In this document: positions 11,838 to 22,546 of the stretch, piece by piece
Numbering within the stretch: position 1 is the stretch's first letter
Layout: each line of letters opens with the position of its first letter
Origin: an uncultured Acidimicrobiia bacterium
GTDB lineage: Bacteria; Acidobacteriota; Vicinamibacteria; Vicinamibacterales; UBA2999
Length of the DNA stretch: 64,000 nt
Assembly (NCBI GenBank): GCA_963795125.1
Contig: CAWCGQ010000004.1
Span: 556,205 to 620,204 of the forward strand
Direction of reading: 5' to 3'
Program-made: the position numbers and the translations under genes
The notes under the pieces: model-generated
The model's database searches: none
What the model was told of the DNA's origin: nothing
What the model saw: only the letters and a program-made list of their open reading frames with translations

Positions 11838-13558
11838 ATGCAGATCATCCGCAATCGCACCATTCACGACGTCGTCATCGTCGGCTCGGGCGCGGGCGGC
11901 GGCATGGCCGCGAAGGTCCTGACCGAGGCCGGCGCCAACGTCCTGATGCTCGAAGCCGGCGTGATGTTCGACTCCCGCCGCGATTCGAAGATGATGGCGT
12001 GGCCGTACCAGTCTCCACGGCGTGGCCTGCCGGTCCCCGAGCGCCAGTTCGGCGAGTTCGACGCCGGCTGGGGTGGCTGGACGCTCGAAGGCGAGCCGTA
12101 CACCTCCGCGCCGGGCGATCGCTTCGACTGGTTCCGCACGCGCATGCTCGGCGGCCGCACCAATCACTGGGGCCGCATCTCGCTGCGCTTCGGCCCGGAC
12201 GACTTCCGGCGCAAGAGCCTCGACGGTCTCGGCGACGACTGGCCGATCAGCTACGACGACCTCAAGCCGTACTACGACAGCATCGATCGCTACATCGGCC
12301 TGTTCGGATCGAATGAAGGTCTGCCGAACGATCCGGACGGCATCTTCCAGCCGCCGCCGAAGCCGCGCTGCTACGAACTGCTGATCAAGCAGGCGTCGGA
12401 GCGCTTGAACATCCGCTGCATTCCGATCCGGCTGTCGATCCTGACGCAGCCGTTGAACGATCGCCCGGCGTGCCACTACTGCGGCCAGTGCGGGCGCGGC
12501 TGCGCGTCGCACGCCAACTTCTCGTCGCCGTCGGTGCTGCTGCCGCCGGCGCTCGCCACCAAGCGCCTGACCATCGTCACCAACGCGATGGCGCGCGAGG
12601 TCACGGTCGGCGACGATGGCCTGGCGACCGGCGTGACCTACGTCGACAAGAACACCGGCCGCGAGAACCACGTGCGCGGGCGGATCGTCGTGATGGCGGC
12701 GAGCGCGTGCGAGACCGCGCGGCTGCTGCTCAATTCGAAGTCGTCGCGCTTTCCGGACGGCCTCGGCAACTCGAGCGGCGTCGTCGGCAAGTACCTCACC
12801 GACACCACCGGCACCAGCGTCCGCGGTTTCATCCCGAAGATGATGAACGGCGTGCCGCACAACGAGGACGGCGCCAGCGGATCGCACCTCTACATGCCGT
12901 GGTGGGGCGACAACCAGAAGCTCGACTTCCCGCGCGGGTATCACATCGAGCTTGGCGGCGGCCGGCGCATGCCCGGCTTCGGCACGCTCAGCGGCGTGCA
13001 TCTCTATCACACGCACCGCCGGCGACGGCGGCCTGGTGTCGAGCGGCGGTTACGGCAAGCAGCTGAAGGACGACTACCGGCGCTTCTACGGCGCCACGGT
13101 CGGCTTTGCCGGGCGCGGCGAGATGATCCCCAACGAGAACTCGTTCTGCGAGATCGATCCGACGGTGGTGGATCGCTGGGGCATTCCGGTGCTGCGCTTC
13201 CACTGGAAGTGGAGCGACCACGAGCTCAAGCAGGTCAAGCACATGCAGGAGACCTTCCGCTCGATCATTCACGAGATGGGCGGGACGCCGATGACGCCGA
13301 TGCCGACGGCGGAGCAGAGTTACGGCATCGAGCCGGGCGGCCGCATCATCCACGAAGTGGGTTGCGTGCGCATGGGCAACGATCCGAAGACGTCGGTGCT
13401 GAACAGCAACTGCCAGGCGCACGATTGCCGCAACCTGTTCGTCACCGACGGCGGTCCGTTCGTGACCAATCCGGACAAGAACGTGACGTGGACGATCCTC
13501 GCGCTGGCGATGCGCACCAGTGAGTTACATCGCCGATCAGCGGAAGGGAGGCCTATGA
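11838..13558 (+). CDS. GMC family oxidoreductase (FAD); at least 2 frame changes
   Basis: DVVIVGSGAGGGMAAKVLTEAG, RMLGGRTNHWG and CHYCGQCGRGC in ORF 11592-13523. The C-terminal half is in the ORF 12952-14448 frame (IIHEVGCVRMGNDP...LFVTDGGPFV). The last residues ...YIADQRKGGL* are in another frame. The stop overlaps the next ATG (ATGA at 13555). Confidence 0.8.
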
Positions 13559-14176
13559 GCGACCGGCGTTCAAGCTACGGCGGACCAGTCGCCGCGACGT
13601 GCTCAAGGTGCTGCTCGCCGCGCCGGCCGCGACCTTCTCGTGGACCGACGCAGAGGCGGCGCAGGCTGCGGCGTCCGCGCAGGCCGCCCGCGCGGCGGCG
13701 ACCGCGAAACCGTTCGTGCCGAAGTTCTTCACGGCTGCGTGAGTTCAGGCTCGTGCATGTGCTTGCGGACATCGTCATTCCGAAGGACGAGCGATCGGGC
13801 AGCGCCACCGACGCCGGCGTGCCCGAGTTCATGGACTTCATGATGATCGATCAGCCGGCGCGCCAGGTGGCGATGCGCGGCGGCCTGGCGTGGCTCGACG
13901 TGGAATGCCAGAAGCGCTTCGACAAGACGTTCCTGAACTGCTCGGCGGCCGAGCGCACCGCGGTGCTCGACGACATCGCGTGGCCGTCACAGCGCGAAGC
14001 CGGAATTCGCGCACGGCGTCGCATTCTTCACCAACTTCCGCGATCTCACCGCGAGCGGTTTCTGGACCACGCGGATGGGCATCGACGATCTGCAGTACAC
14101 GGGCAATCGCTCGGTGGCGCGGTGGAACGGCTGCCCGCCCGAGGCGCTGAAGAAGCTCGGCGTCAGCTACGAATAG
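13555..14176 (+). CDS. Gluconate 2-dehydrogenase subunit 3-like small subunit with TAT signal; at least 3 frame changes
   Basis: RRDVLKVLLAAPAAT twin-arginine leader, FRLVHVLADIVIPKDERSGSATDAGVPEFMDFMM, FTNFRDLTASGFWTTRMGIDDLQY. It directly follows and overlaps the GMC gene, the usual pairing. Confidence 0.7.
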
Positions 14177-14181
14177 CGCGT

Positions 14182-16413
14182 GTGACCCTTCGCCTCCTCG
14201 TCCTGCTGGTCCTCGCGGCCCGCGCCGCGTCGGCCCAGGATGCCGGCTCGTCGATTGTCAGCCGCGACCGCGCCCGACATCGTCACCGTCCGTGCGCACC
14301 GCGTCCCGACCGCTGCGCATCGACGGTCGACTCGACGAGGAGGTCTATCGCACGATCGCGCCGATCAGCGACTTCATCCAGCAGGAGCCCGACGAGGGCC
14401 AGCCGGCCACCGAGAAGACCGAGGCGTGGATCCTGTTCGACGACGTGAATCTTTATATCTGCGCGCGCAACTGGGACAGCCATCCGGAGCGGGAGATCGC
14501 CAACGAGCTGCGCCGCGACAGCGGCAACATCCTCGGCAACGAGAACCTGACCTTCGCCATCGACACGCTGCACGATCGCCGCAACGGCTACGTGTTCCAG
14601 ACCAACGCGCTGGGCGCGCTGCGCGACATGGCGGTCACCGACGATCAGCAGAACCAGGCCTGGAACGGCATCTGGAGCGTCAAGACCGCGCGTTTCGAGA
14701 ACGGCTGGACGGTGGAAGTGGCGATCCCGTTCAAGACGCTGCGCTATCGCGGCAGCGGCCCGCAGACCTGGGGCATCAACCTGCGGCGCCTGGTCAAGTG
14801 GAAGAACGAGTTCTCGTACCTGTCGCTGGTGCCCGCGGCGCTCGGCACCGGCGGCATCAGCCGCATGGCCTCGGCGGCGACCGTGATCGGCCTCGAGACG
14901 CCGGCGCAGTCGAAGAACCTCGAGCTGAAGCCCTACGCGGTGGCCTCGTCCACCACCGATCGCGGCGGCGCGTCGCCGTTCAACAACCGCGGCGACGCCA
15001 ACGCCGGGCTCGACTTCAAGTACGGCCTGACGCGCAGCCTGATCGTCGACGCGACCTATCGCACCGATTTCGCGCAGGTCGAGGAAGACGTCCAGCAGAT
15101 CAACCTGACGCGCTTCAGCGTGTTCTTTCCGGAGAAGCGCGACTTCTTCATCGAAGGCCAGGGCATCTTCGATTTCGGCGGCGTGCAGGCCGGCAACAGC
15201 CCCGGCGACGTGCCGCTGTTGTTCTTCAGCCGCCAGATCGGACTGAGCCAGGGGCAGGTGGTGCCGGTGATCGGCGGCGCGCGCCTCACCGGACGCGCCG
15301 GCGCCTACAGCATCGGCGCGCTCAATATTCAGACCGACGACAAGCCGTCGGCGCGGGCGCTGTCGACGAATTTCTCGGCGCTGCGTCTCAAGCGCAACCT
15401 GTTCCGCCGCAGCAACGTCGGCGTGCTGGCGACTCGGCGCGGTCCGGCGCTCGGCAGCCTGCCGGGTACGAGCGCGTCCAGCTACACGGCCGGCGCCGAC
15501 GCCACGATGCTGTTCTTCAGCAGCATCAACATCACCAGCTACTACGCGCTGACCAGCAACCCCGGTCCCGGCGGCGCCGAACGTGACCGGATCGAGCTAC
15601 CGCGGACGGTTCGACTACAACGCCGATCGCTACGGCGCCACCGCCGAGCACATGCTGATCGACGCCGACTTCAGGCCGGAGGTCGGCTACGTGCGGCGCA
15701 CCGACATTCGCCGCAGCTTTGCGCAGGTCCGCTTCAGCCCGCGGCCGCGCGGCAGCCGGTTGGTTCGCAAATACACCTGGCAGGCGAGCCTCGACTACGT
15801 GACCGACGCGGCGGCCGTCGAGCTGCAGAGCCGCGAGGCCGCCGGGTTCTTCCGGATCGATTTCCAGTCGAGCGATCAGTTCTCCGCGGAGCATTCGCGC
15901 GAGTTCGAGCTGCTGCCGGGCCGGTTCGCGATCGCGCCGGGGGTGATCGTGCCGGCGGGCGGCTATACCTACTCCAGCACGCGCGTGTCGTACTCGCTCG
16001 GCCAGCAGCGCCGGGTGTCCGGGCGGCTGAGCGCGGCGACCGGTTCGCTGTACGGCGGCACCAAGTCGCGAGGTGTCGTACTCGGGCCGGTGGGGCGTCA
16101 TCCCGCAGTTCTCGCTCGAGCCCAGCATGACCCTCGCGTGGGGGTCGCTGCCCTCCGGCGACTTCACCGCCCGGCTGCTCGGGTCGCGCGTCACCGTGAC
16201 GCCGAGCCCGCGCATGCAGATCAGCAGCCTGGTGCAGTTCAACGTCGACGGCCGCACACGCTGACCGCGAGCGCCCGGCTGCGATGGGAGTACACCGGCG
16301 GCAGTGACCTGTTCGTCGTCTACAGCGACGGACGCGACACCCGCAACGCCGGCTTTCCCGGGCTCGTGAATCGCACGTTCGCGATCAAGGCGACGCGCCT
16401 GCTGAGGTTCTAG
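14182..16413 (+). CDS. DUF5916 / carbohydrate-binding-family-9-like large secreted or outer-membrane protein; several frame changes
   Basis: GTG start with signal VTLRLLVLLVLAARAASAQD. The main body is in ORF 14292-16130 (PLRIDGRLDEEVY...WGINLRR...TDFAQVEEDVQQINLTRF). The C-terminal third is in ORF 15583-16413 and ends ...FAIKATRLLRF. Confidence 0.65.
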
Positions 16414-17807
16414 GTGGCTGCCACTCCGGAGGTCGCTGGTCATCGGCGGCGGTCCCGCCGGCGCCTCGGCGGCGTTGCTGCTCGCGCAGTGGGGCCACGC
16501 CGTGCGGCTGATCACCAGGCCGCCCGCCGGGCACGGCCTCGCCGTGTCGCTGCCGCCGAGCTGCGCGAAGCTGTTCGACGCGATCGGCGTCAGCGACGCG
16601 ATTGAACGCGCCGGGTTCCTGCGCTCGACCGGCAACACCGTCTGGTGGGGAAGCGACGAGGCGCGCGTCGAATCGTTCGCCGCCGGCGCGCGCGGCTGGC
16701 AGCTCGAGGTCGGCCGGCTGGCCGAGGTGCATGCTCGACGAGCGCCGTCGCCGCCGGCGTCCGCGTCGAACGCGGACCGCACGTCGATGCCCGGGCCGGC
16801 TTCGTGATCGACTGCACCGGCCGCGCCGGGGTGCTCGCGCGCGCGAAGGGTCTTCGCGAGTTCGATCCGGGTCCGCGCACCGTCGCGCTCGTCGGCGAGT
16901 GGCGACGCGACGGCGAGTGGCCCGTGCCCGACGACACGCACACGCTGATCGAGTCCTACGACGATGGGTGGATGTGGTCGGTGCCGACCGCGCCGGTGTG
17001 CGGCACATTGCCGCCATGGTCGATCCACAGCGCTCGGCGCTCGCCCGCGGCGGCTCGTGCGAGGGATGTCTACCTCGCGGAAATCGCCAAGACCCGCGTC
17101 TTCAGCCGACTGACCTCGGGCGCGGCGCTCCATGATGGCCCACGCGGCTGGGACGCGTCCCAGTATCGCGCTCGCGAGTACGCCGGCGACGGCTGGCTGC
17201 TGGCCGGCGACGCCGGGTCCTTTGTCGACCCGCTGTCGTCCGCCGGCGTGAAGAAGGCGTTGGCGTCCGGATGGCTCGCCGCGATCGTCGCGCACACCTG
17301 TCTGGCGCGATCCGTCGATGCGGTCGCACGCGCTGGAGTTCTATTCCGCCAGGGAAACGGAGATCGAGCAGCACCTCTCGCGGGAGAGCCGCCGGTTCCT
17401 GGTCGATGCGGCGGGGCGGCATCCGCGCCCGTTCTGGGACGAGCGCTCGGACGAGGCCGCGCGCGAGCTGGAGCGACGCGTCCGCGGTGCAGCGCGCGTT
17501 TGAGCGATTGAAAGTCCGAGGATGAGCTGCGGCTGCGGCTGGGGCCGGCGATCACCGTGCAGCCACGGCCGATCATCCGCGGCAACGAGATCGTCCTCGA
17601 GCCGCACCTGGTGTCGCCCGACGATCCGCGCGGCGTCCGTTACGTCCGGGAGATCGACTCGTGGCCCTCGCCGAGCTCGCCCCGTCTGCTCGGTCCGTCC
17701 CCGACCTGTTCGAGGCCTGCACCACGCGACTCGGATCGATGCCCCTGCCGGACTTTCTGTTCGCGCTCGCGACGGCGGTTGCGCGGGGGTGGCTTGTGGC
17801 ACAATGA
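16414..17807 (+). CDS. qhpG: FAD-dependent monooxygenase, QhpG-like (tryptophan-hydroxylating maturation enzyme of QHNDH); several frame changes
   Basis: LVIGGGPAGASAALLLAQWGHAVRLI dinucleotide fold, then DCTGRAGVLA and LLAGDAGSFVDPLSSAGVKKA (ORF 16645-17511). The tail is in the ORF 17318-17503 and 17557-17871 frames. It sits immediately upstream of qhpA on the same strand. Confidence 0.65.
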
Positions 17808-17831
17808 CCGCGCAATTCACCGGCCTCAACC

Positions 17832-19551
17832 ATGGCCAAACGCATCCTCGCTGCCGCAACCCTTCTTCTGACTGGCGCGATCCTGTCCGCCGCGCAGGCG
17901 CCGCAACCGACCGCGGCGCCGACCGCGAAGCCCGAAGAAGGCATCCCGGTCACCGATGCGACGGTCCTCAAAGCCTGCGGGAGCTGCCATAAGCCCGACG
18001 ACAAGGGGCAGATGTCGCGCATCTCCTTCCAGCGCAACACGCCCGAGGGCTGGCAGCTGACCGTGCAGCGCATGGCCTCGCTGAACGGCCTGAACATCGA
18101 GCCGGAGACGGCGCGCCAGGTCGTGAAGTACCTGTCGAACCATCTCGGGCTCGCGCCGGAGGAGGCCAGGCCGGCCGCCTGGGAGGCCGAGCGCCGCCTG
18201 ATCGACTTCAAGTACACCGCCAGCGCCGACACCGAGTCGACCTGCATCAAGTGCCATTCGATGGGCCGCGTCATGTCGCAGCGCCGCACCAAGACCGAGT
18301 GGGAACTGCTGATCGCGATGCATCGCGGGTGGTATCCGCTGGTCGACAACCAGGCGTTTCGCCGCAGCGGTCCGCCGCCGCCCGCTCCACCGTCTGACGG
18401 CCGCCCGGCGGACAACCGTCATCCGGTCGAGAAGGCGCTCGCCCACCTCGCCACGACCTATCCGCTGAAGACACCCGAGTGGACGGCGTGGTCCGCCAAC
18501 ATGCGGCCGGCGCGGCTCGACGGCACGTGGGCGCTGAGCGGCTGGGAGCTGGGCAAGGGCGCGATCTACGGCCGCGTCACGATCACCGCCGATCCGTCCT
18601 CGCCCGAGGAGTTCACGACGTCGACGACCTATCGCGTCGCCCGCACCGGCGAGACGGTCACGCGCACCGGCCGTTCGATCGTCTATACCGGCTTCCAGTG
18701 GCGCGGCCGCTCGTCGACGCTCGGCCGCCGATTCGACGATGCGCGAGGTGATGATGGTCGATCGCGACTGGCGCAGCATGGACGGCCGCTGGTTCACCGG
18801 CGGCTACGACGAGCTCGGCATCGACGTGAAGCTCGAGCGCGTCGCCGGCGAAACGCGCGTGCTCGGCACCGACCGCACGGCGCTCAAGCAGGGCGCCGCC
18901 GGCCAGCCGCTCAAGATCTACGGCGTCAACCTCGGCACGCTGCAGCCGCGCGACATCGATCTCGGTCCCGGCATCACCGTCACGCGCATCGTCGAGAGCA
19001 CGCCGGAGATGGTGACGGTCACGGTGGATGTGGCCGCTGCCGCCGCGCCGGGCTCGCGCGACCTGTTCGTCGCCGGCGCCTCGCGGCCAGAAGGCGCTCG
19101 CGGTGTTCGACAAGATCGACGGCATCAAGGTCAAGCCCGACTGGGCGATGGCCCGGGTCGGCGGCGACACCTTCCCGAAGATGCTGGCGCAGTTCGAGGC
19201 CTGGGCCTACAGCAACGGCGCCGACGGCAAGCCGGATTCTCCCGACGACATCGACCTCGGGATGGTCGACGCGGCGTGGAGCCTGGAGGAATACGCCGCC
19301 ATCTACAACGACGACGACATCAAGTTCGTCGGGCACGCTGAACGCGGCGACCGGCCGCTTCACGCCGGCGATCGACGGCCCCAATCCCAAGCGCGTCCGG
19401 CGCGCGCAACAACATCGGCGATGTCTGGGTGGTGGCGACCTATCCCGGCGAGGCGGTGGCCGGCAAGCCGGCGCCGACCCATCGCGCCCGCGCGCACCTG
19501 CTGGTCACCGTGCCGCTCTACATGCGGTTCGATCCGTCGAGGGCGCAATGA
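17832..19551 (+). CDS. qhpA: Quinohemoprotein amine dehydrogenase alpha subunit (dihaem cytochrome c + beta-barrel domains); at least 3 frame changes
   Basis: Signal peptide, two CXXCH motifs (CGSCH, CIKCH), SFQRNTPEGWQLTVQRM and TKTEWELLIAMHRGWYP in ORF 17832-19835. It continues in ORFs 18739-19341 and 19028-20146. The stop overlaps the qhpD ATG (ATGA at 19548). Confidence 0.8.
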
Positions 19552-21008
19552 GCACGGTCGGCCTGCGCGAGTTTCATTCGTTCGAGGCGGCCGGCCGCCG
19601 CTTCCTCTACCTGGTGCCGAGCGCCGCGGTGTTCGCGCTCGACGACTGCTCGAGCGCGATTCTCGATTCGCTGTCGTCGGGCCCGCGCGCCGGCGGACGA
19701 CATCGCCCGCGCGCTGTCGCCGCGCTTCGACGCCGCGCGACGGTCGCCGACACGCTCGCCGAGCTGCAGCGCGTCCGCGCGCTGGCCGATACCGGCGGTG
19801 CCGGCGCCGCCGCTCGCCGAAGATCATCCCGCTGAAGCCGGTGCCGCTGCAGACGCTGGTGGTCAACGTCACCAACCAGTGCAACCTGGCCTGCACCTAC
19901 TGCTACGAGTACGGCGAGGACAAGATCGTCGATACCGAGAACGGCAAGCAGCCGAAGTTCATGACCGAGGAGACGGCGCGCGAGAGCGTCGAGTTCGCGC
20001 TGCGCGAGTCGCGCGACAACCCGCACGCGCACATCACGTTCTTCGGCGGCGAGACGCTGATGAACTTCCCGGTGCTGCAAGTCGACCATTGCCTACGCGC
20101 GGCGGCGCGCCGCCGAGGTCGGCAAGGCAGATCGACTTCAGCCTGACGACCAACGCGACGCTGCTGCGGCCCGACGTCATCGAGTTCCTGGCCGACGAGC
20201 GCGTCGGCGTGACCATCTCGATCGACGGCCCCGAGGAGATGCAGGACAAGTTCCGCGTCTTCAACAACGGCGCCGGCAGCTACGCGATGGCGGCGCCGAA
20301 GATCAAGGCGCTGCTGGCGCGGCACCGCTCGCGGCCGATCGGCGCGCGCGTCACGCTGACCAGGCAGACGCTCGACGTCCGGAAGATCTATCGCCACCTC
20401 ACCGACGAGCTCGGGTTCTGGGAAGTCGGCTTCGCGCCGGTCACGACCGCGCCCGGCCGCGACTACGCGATCGTCGGACGGCGGCTTCGATCACCTGCTG
20501 GCGCAGTTCCGCGACCTGGCCGGCGACTATCTCGAGGCGTCGCTGCAGAATCGCCATCACGGCTTCTCGAACGTCCGCGAGACCCTGCAGGAGATCCATC
20601 ACGGTCACGCCAAGGCCTATCCCTGCGGCGCCGGCATCGGCCTGATGGGCGTCTCGACCGACGGCGAGGTCGCGCTCTGCCATCGCTTCGCCGGCTCCGA
20701 CGAGCACAACTTCGGCAACGTGCGCGACGGCGTGTCGTTCGAGAAGCAGCAGGCGTTCCTGGAGTCGCACCACATCGCGAACAAGACCGACTGCAGCACC
20801 TGCTGGGCGCGGCCGATCTGCGCCGGCGGCTGCTATCACGAGGCCCACACCCGCTACGGCTCGACCAACCGTCCCAACCTGCACTACTGCGACTGGATTC
20901 GCGGCTGGACGCACACCTGCCTGGAGATCTACGGCGAGATTGCCGAACGCAATCCCGGGTTTCCTGCGGCAGTTCGATGACGAAGAGGTTCCGGAGAAGG
21001 TCTCATGA
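19548..21008 (+). CDS. qhpD: Radical SAM/SPASM peptide maturase QhpD; several frame changes
   Basis: VVNVTNQCNLACTYCYEYG (CX3CX2C), FFGGETLMNF, FSLTTNATLL, and the SPASM block CSTCWARPICAGGCYHEA (ORF 20645-20980). The stop overlaps the qhpC ATG (ATGA at 21005). Confidence 0.85.
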
Positions 21009-21366
21009 AGCATCTGACCACCGATCAATCGCAAGGCCGCGCGCGTCGCGTCGGTGACCGCGCCGACGGCCGCCAGGGACGTCGTCGCGCTGCAGGGCCC
21101 GCCGCAGCAACCCGAGCCGCCGCACATCCCGAACGGCTGCTCGCTGGTGTTCTGCGCCCGGCTGGGAAGCCGACCGCAACGGCGGCACCGCCGGGCTGTG
21201 CCAGCCGGTCGAGCGCGACCTGTTCGACTGCCACATGGGCTGCTTCTGGCCGGCGCAGGTGCCGGACCAGTTGAACCATGCGCCGGACTGGACCGCGAAG
21301 TGCGCGGCCGCGCAGAAGGACTGGCGCAAGATCGACCTGATCTTCCCGGACGAGAAGAAGAAATGA
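21005..21366 (+). CDS. qhpC: QHNDH gamma-subunit precursor (crosslinked CTQ peptide) QhpC; 2 frame changes in 360 nt
   Basis: MKHLTTDQSQ... leader, then ...PNGCSLVF / PGWEADRNGGTAGLCQPVERDLFDCHMGCFWPAQVPDQLNHAPDWTAKCAAAQKDWRKIDLIFPDEKKK*. The last frame is not in the ORF track because it lacks a long Met-initiated ORF. Confidence 0.8.
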
Positions 21367-22452
21367 CGCGGCTGCTGTTGATGCTGCTGGCGCTGGCGAG
21401 CGTCGGCCTCGGCGCGCAGAAGCCGGCGCGCTGCCGTCGCCGTCGGCGGCAATCACCTGATGTACATCGGCACCTATGCCGGGACGATCCAGATCTTCGA
21501 CGAGGCCACCGAGAAGATGGTCGGCGACATCAAGCTGCAGACCGGCATTCCGCGATCGCTGACCCTGTCGCAGTCGCGCTCGAAGTTCTACGTGCTCGAT
21601 TCGACGCTGGAGAAGATCGAGATCGTCGACATCCCGACGCGCGCGTCGCTGTCGTCGTTCACGCTGAGCGAAGGCAACAAGCAGGTCCGGATCCGCGGCC
21701 TTCAGGTCGATCCGCTCGAGCGCTTCCTGATCCTGCTGACGCGCTCGGCCACCAAGCTGATCGATCGCTGGGAGATCGGCGACATCTCGCTGCAGTTCTA
21801 CGACCTGGCGCAGAAGAAGGTCACCCGCACGATTCCGTGGCCGAAAGGCGAGGAGCGCGAGAACGTCAACATCCGCTTCTCCCCGGACGGCAAGCTGCTG
21901 TATTTCTTCGGCGACGATGTCCTGATTCTCGAGACCACGAATTTCACCGAGGTCGACACCTGGCCGCTCAGCCGTCCGCTCGAAGCCGGCCTCGGCCGCG
22001 TCAACTTCGGCTCGGTCGACGACTTCAATGAGGACCCGGGCTTCCTGACCGGCCTGTTCACCACCCAGGATCCGATCCAGAACCGTCGCATCATGAGCCT
22101 CGGCCGCGTCAACCTGGCGGCGAAGACGATCGATCTCACGCCGATCGGCCCGGCCGAAGGCGTCAGCTTCGCGCTGGCGCCGGATCGCAAGCGCGGCTAC
22201 GGCCTGATGCAGCAGATTGGCCGCTACGAGTTCTGGACGTTCGACGTCGCCCAGAAGAAGCTGCACGGCCGCACCGTCTTCGAAGGCCGCCCGCGCATGG
22301 CGTTGCGCGTGTCGTCGAACGGCAAGCTGCTGTACATCTTCCAGGCCGGAGCGACCATCGACGTCTACGACGCCGCGTCCTACAAGCTGCTGCGCACCAT
22401 CGAGATGACCGCGGATCAGACCACCAACCTGTTCATCCTGCCGAGGAAGTAG
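21363..22452 (+). CDS. qhpB: QHNDH beta subunit (7-bladed beta-propeller) QhpB; one frame change near 21430
   Basis: Signal peptide MTRLLLMLLALASVGLGAQ in the ATGA-overlapping frame. The mature part is the intact ORF 21460-22452 (YIGTYAGTIQIFDEAT...FSPDGKLLYFFG...SSNGKLLYIFQAG). Confidence 0.75.
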
Positions 22453-22546
22453 ATCCGCTAGGCGAGGCCGGTGAATCGGGGGGCCACGCTATACCAGGCA
22501 GGCATCAGGTCGATCGGCATGGTGCGGCGACCAGACCATCGAATAT

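Noticed and set aside
11481-13016. Long antisense ORFs opposite well-supported genes. These include 11481-13016(-) 511 aa, 8167-9192(-), 21025-22266(-), 40563-41804(-), 41723-43015(-), 50316-51977(-), 53419-55524(-) 701 aa, 61870-63672(-) 600 aa, 30765-31829(+) and 36051-36986(+).
   Set aside because: These are typical high-GC shadow ORFs. They are Arg/Ala/Gly/His-rich and low complexity with no family motifs. Each lies entirely opposite a gene with strong motif support.
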